Position numbers and translations under genes: made by a program. A model generated the notes under the pieces. That model saw only the letters and a list, made by a program, of their open reading frames with translations, did not search any database and was not told the DNA's origin. Of a DNA stretch of 64,000 nucleotides, positions 1 through 10,218 are shown in pieces (the stretch's first letter is position 1; each line of letters opens with the position of its first letter). The stretch comes from Phyllobates terribilis (taxonomy: Eukaryota), in the NCBI RefSeq assembly GCF_046119375.1, contig NW_027362764.1:707606001-707670000 (forward strand). Reading direction: 5' to 3'.

Positions 1-810
1 AGTAAGAGGAAGAAGGAACAGAAACACCAGGAAAGGCCCAGGGACGCAAGAAAAGAGGGAACCCTAAGATCCCACGGAATAACGGGTGAAGGGTTGGCAG
101 AGCAGGGTACTGGATCCCAAACTGGTGGAGGCCAATTATCCTTAGCCAGGAACCAGAGGTCGTGGTCAAGCCTTGGCGCGACCCCTCACCATATCCCCCA
201 GGAAGGCATACCGTATAGGGTCAGGGAAACCGGGAAAGGTTTCGCCACCAGAAGGCCCGAGGGAGCCGGACAAAGGTGGGTCCCTGGTGGGGACGGCCAG
301 TAGGAAGGAAGAGAGGGGAGCTCTGGACCACGCTCTGGAATTGCCTGGGAGTTGGCCGAATCCCTGACCTGGTGGACACAGCATGACTCGGGCGGTCTTG
401 ACTGCGCATAAGGGACCTGATAAAGAACTGTGAGTAAAGCATTGAAAACTGCAGCTGCACGTCTCACTGAGTCCTTGTCGCACTAGCACCATCAGTACCG
501 GGACACTTGCACCATCACTACCACCATCTTCCACACTAGCTGCCCTGAGGCAATACTCCTCCCGTGGGGAGTCATCCCATACTGCGCTGCACAAACAACA
601 TCAGCCTCAGCGGTCTGCAGTGCAGCGGCGGTCCCCACTGACCGCAAACCACGGGTGGCGTAGTCGAACAGTATAAACATTGCCACTTAGTTTGACACCC
701 TGGGCACGGACCGGGTCACCGCCACGAGGACTACTGACCCCAACAGATCCGGCTCCGGGTATTCCCCGCGTGCGCAACGCTACATACAACATGGCCCAGG
801 GGGCGCGTCA
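1..810 (+). repeat. 5' LTR (partial)
   Basis: Direct repeat of 3801-4591; ends GGCGCGTCA just before the PBS. Confidence 0.9.
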
Positions 811-814
811 ACTT

Positions 815-832
815 TGGCGTAGTCGGCAGGAT
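815..832 (+). promoter_or_regulatory. Primer-binding site, tRNA-Ser
   Basis: TGGCGTAGTCGGCAGGAT is the reverse complement of the 3' end of vertebrate tRNA-Ser (...ATCCTGCCGACTACGCCA, from recalled sequence); 4 nt after the LTR end. Confidence 0.85.
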
Positions 833-1168
833 CCCGTGCCCGCAACCATCGGGTACTGCGTGCCTGAAGAAAAGCTCATATATACCTCAAAAAGAAGTCT
901 CCCGCCAATTCCAGAGGATTCCCGCCATCGGACCCCATCTGGGGTCGTTTCCCGCCGTTTGCCCGTCATCTGCAGCCTTTGCCCGCCATCTGCGGAGTTT
1001 CCCGCCATCAGGGGACGATTCCCGCCATCTTGGACAGTTTCCCGCCCTGGCAGAGCGGACGCCATTGTGGGCGTGCCAGAGGGTGGCAAGGGGCCACCTC
1101 CCATCGTGGGCATGGCCCCAGAGTGGCGCCAAAGGAGGGGACCGCCCCCACCAGCCGAGACTACAATC

Positions 1169-2701
1169 ATGGAGATGTCCATCAAAGTGGGGGGTCTGCC
1201 CCTGAAACTGAATGTCACTAAGTTGCCCCGGGACCACTCCCAATGGGGGCGGATAGGGAACAAAACGGAGAGGATGGGTGCGGCCTGGAGGAGTCTGGAC
1301 AGATCGCACCCGGGAATGGAGGAAGCGCCCAGCGATGCCGGCACCTCGGTCCGGAGCCTGCTGCAGGCCGCAACGCCAGGCAGCCTAGTGGAGATCCTGG
1401 CACAGCTCCCCAGAGATCCGGAGCGTGCACAGGCTGCGCTGGAGGACTTGGACCGGAGGATGGCCCGGGCACAGCAGGATGCGCTGGCCGAGTGGAAAAG
1501 GGAGATGGCCCGGCAGGCTGGGATCCGCCAGCAGGAGGCGCCACCCGCAACGAGGAACATGTTCACCTCTGAGGATGGTGCAGGAAGGACGAAGGCCGGA
1601 GACGACGCCGCGGAGGGAGCTGCATGGATGGAAGCAGGTAATGGGGACGTCATTACCCCGAGCCCAGTAGCCGCAAGCCTGCCCCAGCTCCCCGTCGCAG
1701 AGCCCGAAGTCCTACTCACCGCGCCCGTTGCCGCGCCGCCACTGCTCCCAACTAGGCCTCAAGCGGCAGGAGCCGCGGTCACGCCCTCATCCGCGCCACG
1801 CCCCTTGACCCTGAGCGCGGCGAAACAGGAAGTGCCACCGGCCTGGTCGCAAGGCCTAGTGAACCCGGGCGCCGCTGCCCCTACAGCGCCCTCCTCCTCA
1901 ATGGTGCCATCCCCAGTACAGAATAGAATTCCCCCGGCCTGGTCGCAAGGCAGAGTACCCCCGGGCGCTGCCGTCCCTACGGCGCCCTCAACCTCCACAG
2001 TGCCACTCCTGGGCGCAGATCTTTGTGCACAACATACCAGCCCGGACGGGCTGCCCTTCGTGTGGCCACCGGAATACGTCAACCTCCGACTCCGGAAGGA
2101 ACGGCCCCTGTGTGAGCCTCTGATCCCGGCTCCGGAGCCCGCCAAAATAGCTCCGATCCCGTTAGAGGACGCCCAATTTGAATGGGATCCGACCGGTGAG
2201 AACCTCATGGGGTTCACCCAGGAGACCCGGGCGGATGCAGCCCGGCGTGAGGAGTGCTGCCGTCAACAGCTGGAGGTCTTTGGAAGAGAACGGCGAGAGA
2301 GGCGGATCCGTGAGGAACAGCTGCAGGCCCGGGGCGCGGAACAGAAGCGCAGGGCCCGACAAGACCCCCGAACAGCCCACGGTCCCCGCACCGACGGGAC
2401 CATAATAAAGTTCCAGCTAGAGCATGGCTGGGGCTTTATCCGAGACCATCGAACACCCGGCGACGTCTTTGTCACCCGCAGGGATGTCGAGAGCCACCTG
2501 CCGGAGGGACACCGCGGACGTGATCTCTACCCGGGTGATGTGGTCACCTTCACCCGGCACAAGGGTGCCAAAGGACCATACGCCCTCCACGTTCACAGGC
2601 TCACGGAGGAGGAGCTACAGTACCACCAAGAAACAGAGTACACCGAGGGTCCGGACAGATCTGAAGACTACCCGGAAGAACAAAGAGGACACCGTTATTA
2701 G
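1169..2701 (+). CDS. Gag-position protein: helical N-terminus, Pro/Ala-rich linker, R/E-rich coiled segment, C-terminal cold-shock domain
   Basis: Open frame 680-2701; best Kozak ATG at 1169 (upstream in-frame ATGs at 791 and 1112); CSD at about 2393-2601 with GTIIKF..GWGFI (RNP1), DVFVT (RNP2) and L.PGDVVTF...GAKGPYALHV. Confidence 0.75.
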   Translation: MEMSIKVGGLPLKLNVTKLPRDHSQWGRIGNKTERMGAAWRSLDRSHPGMEEAPSDAGTSVRSLLQAATPGSLVEILAQLPRDPERAQAALEDLDRRMARAQQDALAEWKREMARQAGIRQQEAPPATRNMFTSEDGAGRTKAGDDAAEGAAWMEAGNGDVITPSPVAASLPQLPVAEPEVLLTAPVAAPPLLPTRPQAAGAAVTPSSAPRPLTLSAAKQEVPPAWSQGLVNPGAAAPTAPSSSMVPSPVQNRIPPAWSQGRVPPGAAVPTAPSTSTVPLLGADLCAQHTSPDGLPFVWPPEYVNLRLRKERPLCEPLIPAPEPAKIAPIPLEDAQFEWDPTGENLMGFTQETRADAARREECCRQQLEVFGRERRERRIREEQLQARGAEQKRRARQDPRTAHGPRTDGTIIKFQLEHGWGFIRDHRTPGDVFVTRRDVESHLPEGHRGRDLYPGDVVTFTRHKGAKGPYALHVHRLTEEELQYHQETEYTEGPDRSEDYPEEQRGHRY

Positions 2702-3315
2702 AGAATGGTAAAGAAGGACTGTACATAGTTACCCGTCGGGGTACAAGAACCATTACTAGATTGAAGTGTGGTCCCCGTTGGGACTGGTGTGGAACTGTTA
2801 AAGAACTGTTACCTGTGTGCCCCTTATCCCTAACCAGGCTGAGGACTGTGAGCAGCCATTCCTCTATTCCCACTGGCCGAGGACTGAGAGCGGCCATACC
2901 CTTGTAAATAGTTGCGCTTCTTAAAGCGCCCCCTATTGGTTTTATAAGAACTGCCTTTCTACCTTGGAAGTAGTGACTGTTGCACTTTACCTGGTCGCAA
3001 GTTGCACCATGGCCAGAAGATCAAGAATATGTTTTGAAAATGTTTGTGTGAAAATGTCTTATAATGGAAGTTTAATATGCTGCTAAAATAATAACGCCAA
3101 AAGTTTTTATATAGTGTTTTACAAAAGAGTTCCGGTGGCACTAGTAGAATGTTTTATAAAAATGTTTTATACCAGTAACGTTAAGAAGAAAAGAGTACCT
3201 CCCATAAAGGGATGAGTTCATAGTTAATGTCTTATATGCGAGTGCACTTTAAAAATAATTGTATGTTTAAAATGTTTTTATTCTATTCCAGCCCGAGGAT
3301 GTGCTGTGGTTTACC

Positions 3316-3324
3316 AGGGGGGAA
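3316..3324 (+). promoter_or_regulatory. Polypurine tract
   Basis: AGGGGGGAA directly before TGTAGC at the 3' LTR start. Confidence 0.75.
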
Positions 3325-4591
3325 TGTAGCACCCCGAGGACTCGGCTGCTACAGGGGTATTGCACCTCGAACCAGAGGTGTGGTATTCCACTCCCGGGTA
3401 AGGATGGAGTGTGGAACGGGGCTCAGTTAGCTGCATACACTACACTCACCCCATTTCCGGGAGACAGATCAACGGTACTCCCACCAGATAGATGTGCAGG
3501 TACGACAGCGTCTGTCCCTGCCTGGAGTGGGGAGGGGGGAGGAATATCCCAGTGGTGTAGGAGCAGACAGGGGAGGGACTCTGGGCATAGGTAGGAGCCC
3601 ATTGGGTGCTGGTCACCTGGGCTCGGGTGTCAGAAGGGAGTATATAAGGTGGGCACCATGATAGAACAAGAGGAGAAGAGGAGAGGAGAGGTGCAGAGGA
3701 GTGCAGTCTGAGAGAGTTCAGCCAGAGAGGGCTGACAGGGAGCTGTGGCTCAGTCCGGGCCCAGCTCCAGAGCCAGGCCTGAAGCAGAGAGAGAGAGAGA
3801 AGTAAGAGGAAGAAGGAACAGAAACACCAGGAAAGGCCCAGGGACGCAAGAAAAGAGGGAACCCTAAGATCCCACGGAATAACGGGTGAAGGGTTGGCAG
3901 AGCAGGGTACCGGATCCCAAACTGGTGGAGGCCAATTATCCTTAGCCAGGAACCGGAGGTCGTGGTCAAGCCTTGGCGCGACCCCTCACCATATCCCCCA
4001 GGAAGGCATACCGTATAGGGTCAGGGAAACCGGGAAAGGTTTCGCCACCAGAAGGCCCGAGGGAGCCGGACAAAGGTGGGTCCCTGGTGGGGACGGCCAG
4101 TAGGAAGGAAGAGAGGGGAGCTCTGGACCACGCTCTGGAATTGCCTGGGAGTTGGCCGAATCCCTGACCTGGTGGACACAGCATGACTCGGGCGGTCTTG
4201 ACTGCGCATAAGGGACCTGATAAAGAACTGTGAGTAAAGCATTGAAAACTGCAGCTGCACATCTCACTGAGTCCTTGTCGCACTAGCACCATCAGTACCG
4301 GGACACTTGCACCATCACTACCACCATCTTCCACACTAGCTGCCCTGAGGCAATACTCCTCCCGTGGGGAGTCATCCCATACTGCGCTGCACAAACAACA
4401 TCAGCCTCAGCGGTCTGCAGTGCAGCGGCGGTCCCCACTGACCGCAAACCACGGGTGGCGTAGTCGAACAGTATAAACATTGCCACTTAGTTTGACACCC
4501 TGGGCACGGACCGGGTCACCGCCACGAGGACTACCACCCCCAACAGATCCGGCTCCGGGTATTCCCCAAACATGGCCCAGGGGGCGCGTCA
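3325..4591 (+). repeat. 3' LTR (about 1267 bp)
   Basis: Starts TGTAGC after the PPT; contains TATATAA near 3641; its distal 790 bp match 1-810. Confidence 0.85.
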
Positions 4592-4853
4592 CATGCACGG
4601 GTTGTCACGGCTCCAAGCCCTGAGTACCGTGGTCTTTCAATGCGGATCACGCCTCGCTTTCACTGGGCAGTTGAAGGCAGACGCGTCATCCAGCACGTGA
4701 CCACTGGTCACAGGACTCATTTCCTGGATGCCGCCTCAATCTACGCATGCGCCATTGGCTCCACGCTGACAGCATCATCTTTTCATCTCCGCCTACTATC
4801 CCCTCATTGGCTTTTTGCTATATAAAAAACACGCACACCCCTCAGTTTGACAC

Positions 4854-4893
4854 GCCTCCTGAAGAAGCTAATGCGAAACGTGCGCGTCGGGGC
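4854..4893 (+). ncRNA. Minimal type I hammerhead ribozyme motif in a probable Penelope-derived remnant (about 4640-5450)
   Basis: GCCTC-CTGAAGA-a-GC(TAAT)GC-GAAA-CG(TGCG)CG-TC-GGGGC: core, three stems, GUC cleavage triplet. Confidence 0.65.
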
Positions 4894-5559
4894 AGGAAGC
4901 AGGAGCGCCTATATTGGTATGAAATAGCACTATACATTTTATTGTTGGTATATGCTTATGTGATGATTGTATCCACTCAGTATCAGTTATTATCGGCAGT
5001 GAGAGATCTATATATATCTATGTGCACTGGAGTGATCTCTTTGGCAGCAGGTGCTGGTCATGTAATTAATGAATTGTGCTGATCTATGTGCCTTTGTGCA
5101 CGAGAGCACCAGAATGTTACAGCACTGCTGCTCTGTTGATTCTGTCTAATGTGTGGCATAATAACTCATTTCTGATACTCCGTGTTGATATATATAACAA
5201 AAAATTTAAAATATACACCCTTCTAATTTATTATGGGTACTTTATTAATGGTACAATAAGTTTGATATAAGACTATTTAAGCTGGGTGTATGTATTAACA
5301 ATCAACCAGCAATTTATGCATACTTTTCTAAAGACTTTAAGATTTCTTCTCCTGTCTCCCTATGATTGGTACCTTTCTTTTTACGGTTTTATTCTTGATT
5401 TTAATAGGTCTATAATAAAATATTTATTTTAAAATTATTTTGTTACTTCCTGTTTTACTGGGTTATTACAATACATCCTGGTAAAAAAATTCGTGTTAAT
5501 AATTGATGTTTTGGAAGTATTATTGGTTTACCAATTATTTGGACACTTTTTGTGAAATC

Positions 5560-6799
5560 ATGAGAAAGCCAGCATTTAGCTGGCATTCATAGGAGACTGT
5601 GATTTTTGCAATACATAGCAGTGCTAATGCACTATCTATAGTACAAGTAATCAGATGATTGCAAGTTCAAGTACCCTAAGGGGACTAATAAATACAGTAA
5701 AGAGTGAAAAGAATTGCTTTCAAAAGTATGAAAAAAAAAGTTCAAACCAATCTATTTTTTCCCCATTAAAAAAATAAATAAATACATTTTAAAAAAACCA
5801 CAAAGTGGAGAAAGTAAGTATTTGATACACTGCCGATTTTGCAAGTTTTCCCACCTACAAAGAATGGAGAAGTCTGTAATTTTTATCGTAGGTACACTTC
5901 ACCTGTGAGAGACAGAATCTAAAAATAAAAACCAGAAAATCACATTGTATGATTTTTAAACAATTAAATTGCATTTTATTGCATGAAATAAGTATTTGAT
6001 CACCTACCAACTAGCAGGAATTCTGGCTCTCATAGGCCTGTTCGTTTTTCTTTAAGAAGCCCTCCTACTCTGCACTCATTACCTCTATTAATTGCCCCTG
6101 AAAATACTTATTTTCCCCACTGTATTTGGTATCGATACATTCGTAAAAGTCCGATCTATAAAAATATAAAATTAATTGACCCAATTGGTAAATTGTGTAA
6201 TCTAAATCTAAATGCTAGAATTAATGTTTTTCAGGCACCGCAACACTGCAAAAAAAAAAATGTAATAACAGGTGATCAAAACATATTTAGCCAAAATGAT
6301 ATCAATAAAAACGTCAGCTTAAGTCGCAAAAAATAAGTCCTCACGCAGCCCCATTGCTTAGAAATTGAAGCCGTTACGGGTCTCGGAAAATGGTGACAAA
6401 AGCAAAAAACATTTTTCTTTTCACAAATTTACAATTTTTTTTTTTGCCACAAAAAAAAAACTTTACAAGTTAAGTATCTGATTGTACTGACCTGATGAAT
6501 CATATTGATAAGTAATTTTTACCGTATGTTGAACGTGGTAAATAAAAAATAAAAAAAACAATCGAGGAATTGCACTTTTTTTTAGCCATTTCGCAGCGCT
6601 TTGAATTTTTTTCCTGCTTTCTAGTGCATCACATGATAAAATGAATGGTGTCACTCAAACGCACAACTCATCCCACAAAATACAAGCCCCCATATGTCTA
6701 TTTTGACAAAAAAAAATAAAAAAGTTAAGTCTCTTGAAAGAAGAAGAGGAAAAAACGAAAACGCAAAAAAGGAAAATTGCCATGTCAGGAAGGGGTTAA
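5560..6799. mobile_element. Partial non-autonomous TTAA-type DNA transposon
   Basis: AT-rich tract ending AAGGGGTTAA at 6790-6799; left end not found, start approximate. Confidence 0.45.
5801..6122. mobile_element. Tc1 internal-deletion derivative
   Basis: Degenerate left end CAAAGTGGAGAAAGTAAGTATTTG versus right end AAATACTTATTTTCCCCACTG followed by TA. Confidence 0.65.
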
Positions 6800-8785
6800 G
6801 GCACATACTAATTACCAGGGTACATCCAATAGTCCCAGTGGCTGCTAACAGGTCTGGGGACTAAAGAGATCTTGGGTTCTTTTTTATAATAAGAGACATT
6901 ATTTTGCCATTTTGCAAAACCAAGAGAGGGGATGTTGGTATAAACATGCCTGATCCATTACAAGTACTATTTTATGAGCAAATCTCTTTGTGTAACAAAT
7001 TTAGCTGCAAAATTCCAAAAAAACTGCCTGTGTGTAGGGCTTTCATTTGTTGCAGCCACTGACCCTTTAAAGCTCTAAGAGTCACTAATCCACTTATATT
7101 CGGTTGTATGAAAATGACTAATTATAACTATGACATTTCATTTTCGCGTATTGAAACCGGGAATCACTTAAACATACTTTGAAGGTAATTTTATTCTTAA
7201 TTTAAATTAATTAAGCTAGGCTCTTTTTTTGTGTGATGTTAAATGTATGCATGCACAAATTAATTAATATGGCTCTTAAAAGTAAATCCTATCCACAGCA
7301 GTGTAATAAGAAGAAAATTACATCCCAAATTGTAATGTTATTTGCAGCATCGACACTTGAGGTGTAACAAATGCCACAATCTCTACCAATCATTGTTGGT
7401 GGAAGAACCAGCTGTGCCATCCAGACACTACCAACCCATGATACAGTAGTTTGTTTCTTTTTTTTTTTTCATTGCTTTATGTCAATCGTTCCATTTTCAG
7501 AATCAGATTTCACTATAAATTTGACAATATTGACAACTAAAGGCTCTGCAATATTCAAGGGTTTTCCACCAGGAAGGGATCGGTATATACAGTACTGGTA
7601 GAGATGATGTCCAATCCAAACAGGCAAATAATTGTGTGAGGCCACTGTTTGGCTGAAGGGTAAGGTGATTTATGGATGAGATGTCATTTCTTCTGGTGGG
7701 GTCTAAGGGTTAATGCTTCTACTTATGGAGCGTGACATGCCTGACATACCAGTGTAAGGAGACTTATAGGCCATGAAATGTTATTCTGGAAAATTAAACA
7801 AGCAAATTGCCTCTTCAGAGAGGAAGAGGATTGAACTCTAGTGTCTCCTATTGGAAGTAGCAATCCTAAAAGTCAATATCGACCCTCTCACGTACACACT
7901 TCTCAGTATGTGACATGGGGTACGCCTGCATGGCTTTATTTCCTCTCAATCTTCTCAATCAATCTGTCACTCAACCCCTGTTATAAGCTGGAAAGTGAGC
8001 ATAAATCACACCCCAACACAGTCCACACACCCCGGCAACACGTGCTGCCACCTCTAATCAACATGCGCGCCGATGAGTTCCCAATTTTGCTACTGTCTGA
8101 CAATCAAATAAAATCAAACACTCTCTGAAAGGCCATGGATTCTTTAGAGCATAGAAGGACCTAAAGTTTTAAGCTTTAATATAAAAACACAGTGTTTAAA
8201 TGAAAAGATATAAAAAGATAAAAATAAAACGACACACAAATATGCAAAATAGTTAGAAAATAAAAAGGGAGAAACACCAGAAATATTTAAACTTTTCCGT
8301 ATAAAGTTATTCTTCTCTTTCCTTGAGGAAAGGAGAAATTTTGTAACCCATCTTTTAGATGCTTGGTCCTGGGCTCACAAGTCCAGGACATCCTTATAAT
8401 ATTAAAATTTCTGGTCTGTGACTGGACTCTGGGCTAATTTAGGGGCAAGCACCTTGCATTTTAAATACTTTGTGTCTCCACTCATCCTCTTCCATATAGT
8501 AAACAGGAAATATCCAGCCTGGCTACAATGACCATCTGCCCACTCTTTGGCCCAGAAGACTGAGGTGTCACGATTGACACCTCTGTACTCTCAGTGAAAA
8601 AAATCCCTTGGTGCTAGGTTCCTGTAAACAAAATACCTAGAGGTTATGCCCCTTATGTAGAGACAGTCCTGAGGATGGTAGACTTAAACTAAAGTAACTT
8701 TATTGATGTTATACATCTCCGTTGCAAACCCTTTAACAAGTCTAGCCTCAGGACTTAGGATAAAAGCCAAACCAGAATCTCAATT

Positions 8786-8826
8786 TGCAGACATGTGTTT
8801 TGGGATGTTTGCCCCTCCTCAGTGCA
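8786..8826 (-). ncRNA. Degenerate hammerhead motif in a short non-coding repeat
   Basis: Minus strand TGCA-CTGAGGA-GGG(GCAAACAT)CCC-AAAA-CACATGTC-TGCA; GAAA is mutated to AAAA. Confidence 0.5.
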
Positions 8827-9270
8827 AAGCAAGAGATCTGATTTGGCTGTACGAGAGAGAGGATTCTAACTAGGGTTTAAGGAGCAATGTTTCTCCATGT
8901 GGCTAGTTACATACCTGACATGACAACTCCTAATAACAATATCAGTGACTCTGTTAAAGTATACTTCCACTACCTGGCACCGAGGTTTCTAATGCAGATT
9001 TTTTTATTTTGTAAATGAGTTCTCTGTGCAGTTTAATAGCTTTTCACGTGCTAGCTGCATACTTCATGTATTTAAATATGGTGCAGATTAAGAGGAAACT
9101 TGAACTACTGCAGCCCTTTACTACCTCCCTGCTGAGAAAGTGCATGATTTTAACTTAAATATGGTTTCAACCTAAATAGGAAATGACAAGATGTAATAGT
9201 GTTAGAGGGATGAGAGAAAGCAAGTGTAATATAAGATAGCACATATGGAAAAACGCTGACTGTTGAGTAT

Positions 9271-9468
9271 TAGAGATGAGCGAACCCAAACTGTAAAGTT
9301 TGGGGTTTGTGCCATCCCGGAGGGAGATTGAGAGAGAAAATTCGGATCCCCATTGATTTCTATGGGGTTCGGGTTCAGTTTCAAGTTCGGGTAGAGTTCT
9401 GGTACCCGAACCGAACTTCGGACTAAAGTTCGGTCGAACCCGAACTTCCACTGGTCCGCTCATCCCTA
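9271..9468. mobile_element. hAT-type MITE
   Basis: TIRs TAGAGATGAGCG / CGCTCATCCCTA; internal CCGAAC/GTTCGG repeats. Confidence 0.75.
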
Positions 9469-10152
9469 GTGAGCATGCATAGTAACATGGCAGACAGTGA
9501 AAACTACCTCCAGTAAGGAATAGGGAAAAATGTGCTGCATATGTCATGTCTACACCAAATTGTTAGCAATGAAAACATCAACTCATCTTGAAAAAATCAG
9601 TTTTTCGTTACATTATATTTACAACTCGTCCAAGAAAAGATAACGACAATACCTGTGGAAAGCCAAGATTATCTGAACCAGACTTCCAGCAATCAGGTGA
9701 TAGACCTGTTGTCTTGCTTAGATTTAAAAGGTTGTCTTCATTAGGCAACCCCTTTTATACATTTTTGCAAGTAAAAATATATTTTAGATATATGTTCAGT
9801 GCAAATATGCAAAAATGTTCCGTATTATTTACTGCAGGCAATTCTTAATATTAGTTCATAAAAATTTAGAAAAATACAAAGAAAGATGTCAACTTCTAGC
9901 ACTGAGACATCTTTTTTTTACATGTGCAACATAAACAAGCGCAGCATCTCAAATCACAGAGAACATTGTGTTATTACTTGAAAGCCTTGTGCAGATAATG
10001 ACTGTGTATTATGTCCAAGTGGGAATAAAGAGCTGATCTGCCTGGTGCTATCGGGTAATGACCTATACTTCAATATGGTCTGATTCCTACTTTCAGCACT
10101 AGTCTCAGGAACGGAGTGTAATATAGAACTATCTACAGTATGTATGAACCGG

Positions 10153-10207
<55 letters not shown>

Positions 10208-10218
10208 TTATCTATCTA
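10153..10218. repeat. (TATC)n microsatellite
   Basis: About 16 near-perfect units. Confidence 0.95.

Larger units (their letters stand above)
1..4591 (+). mobile_element. Non-autonomous LTR retroelement (5' LTR cut by window edge) with one ORF and no pol
   Basis: 1-810 repeats at 3801-4591 (about 6 substitutions and one 19-nt indel by eye); PBS follows the first copy, PPT precedes the second; TG...CA ends; internal part 811-3324 has no RT, RNase H or integrase motifs. Confidence 0.9.

Noticed and set aside
680-1168. N-terminal extension of the 673-aa ORF
   Set aside because: Starts at a non-ATG codon inside the LTR and crosses the PBS and motif array; the frame is open but unlikely to be translated
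680-2701. Host YBX/LIN28 gene or bacterial csp contamination
   Set aside because: Intronless, between LTRs with PBS and PPT; lacks LIN28 knuckles and the conserved Y-box sequence; flanks are vertebrate repeats
7841-8128. 95-aa ORF as an exon
   Set aside because: Begins in repeat sequence; no recognisable domain or splice support
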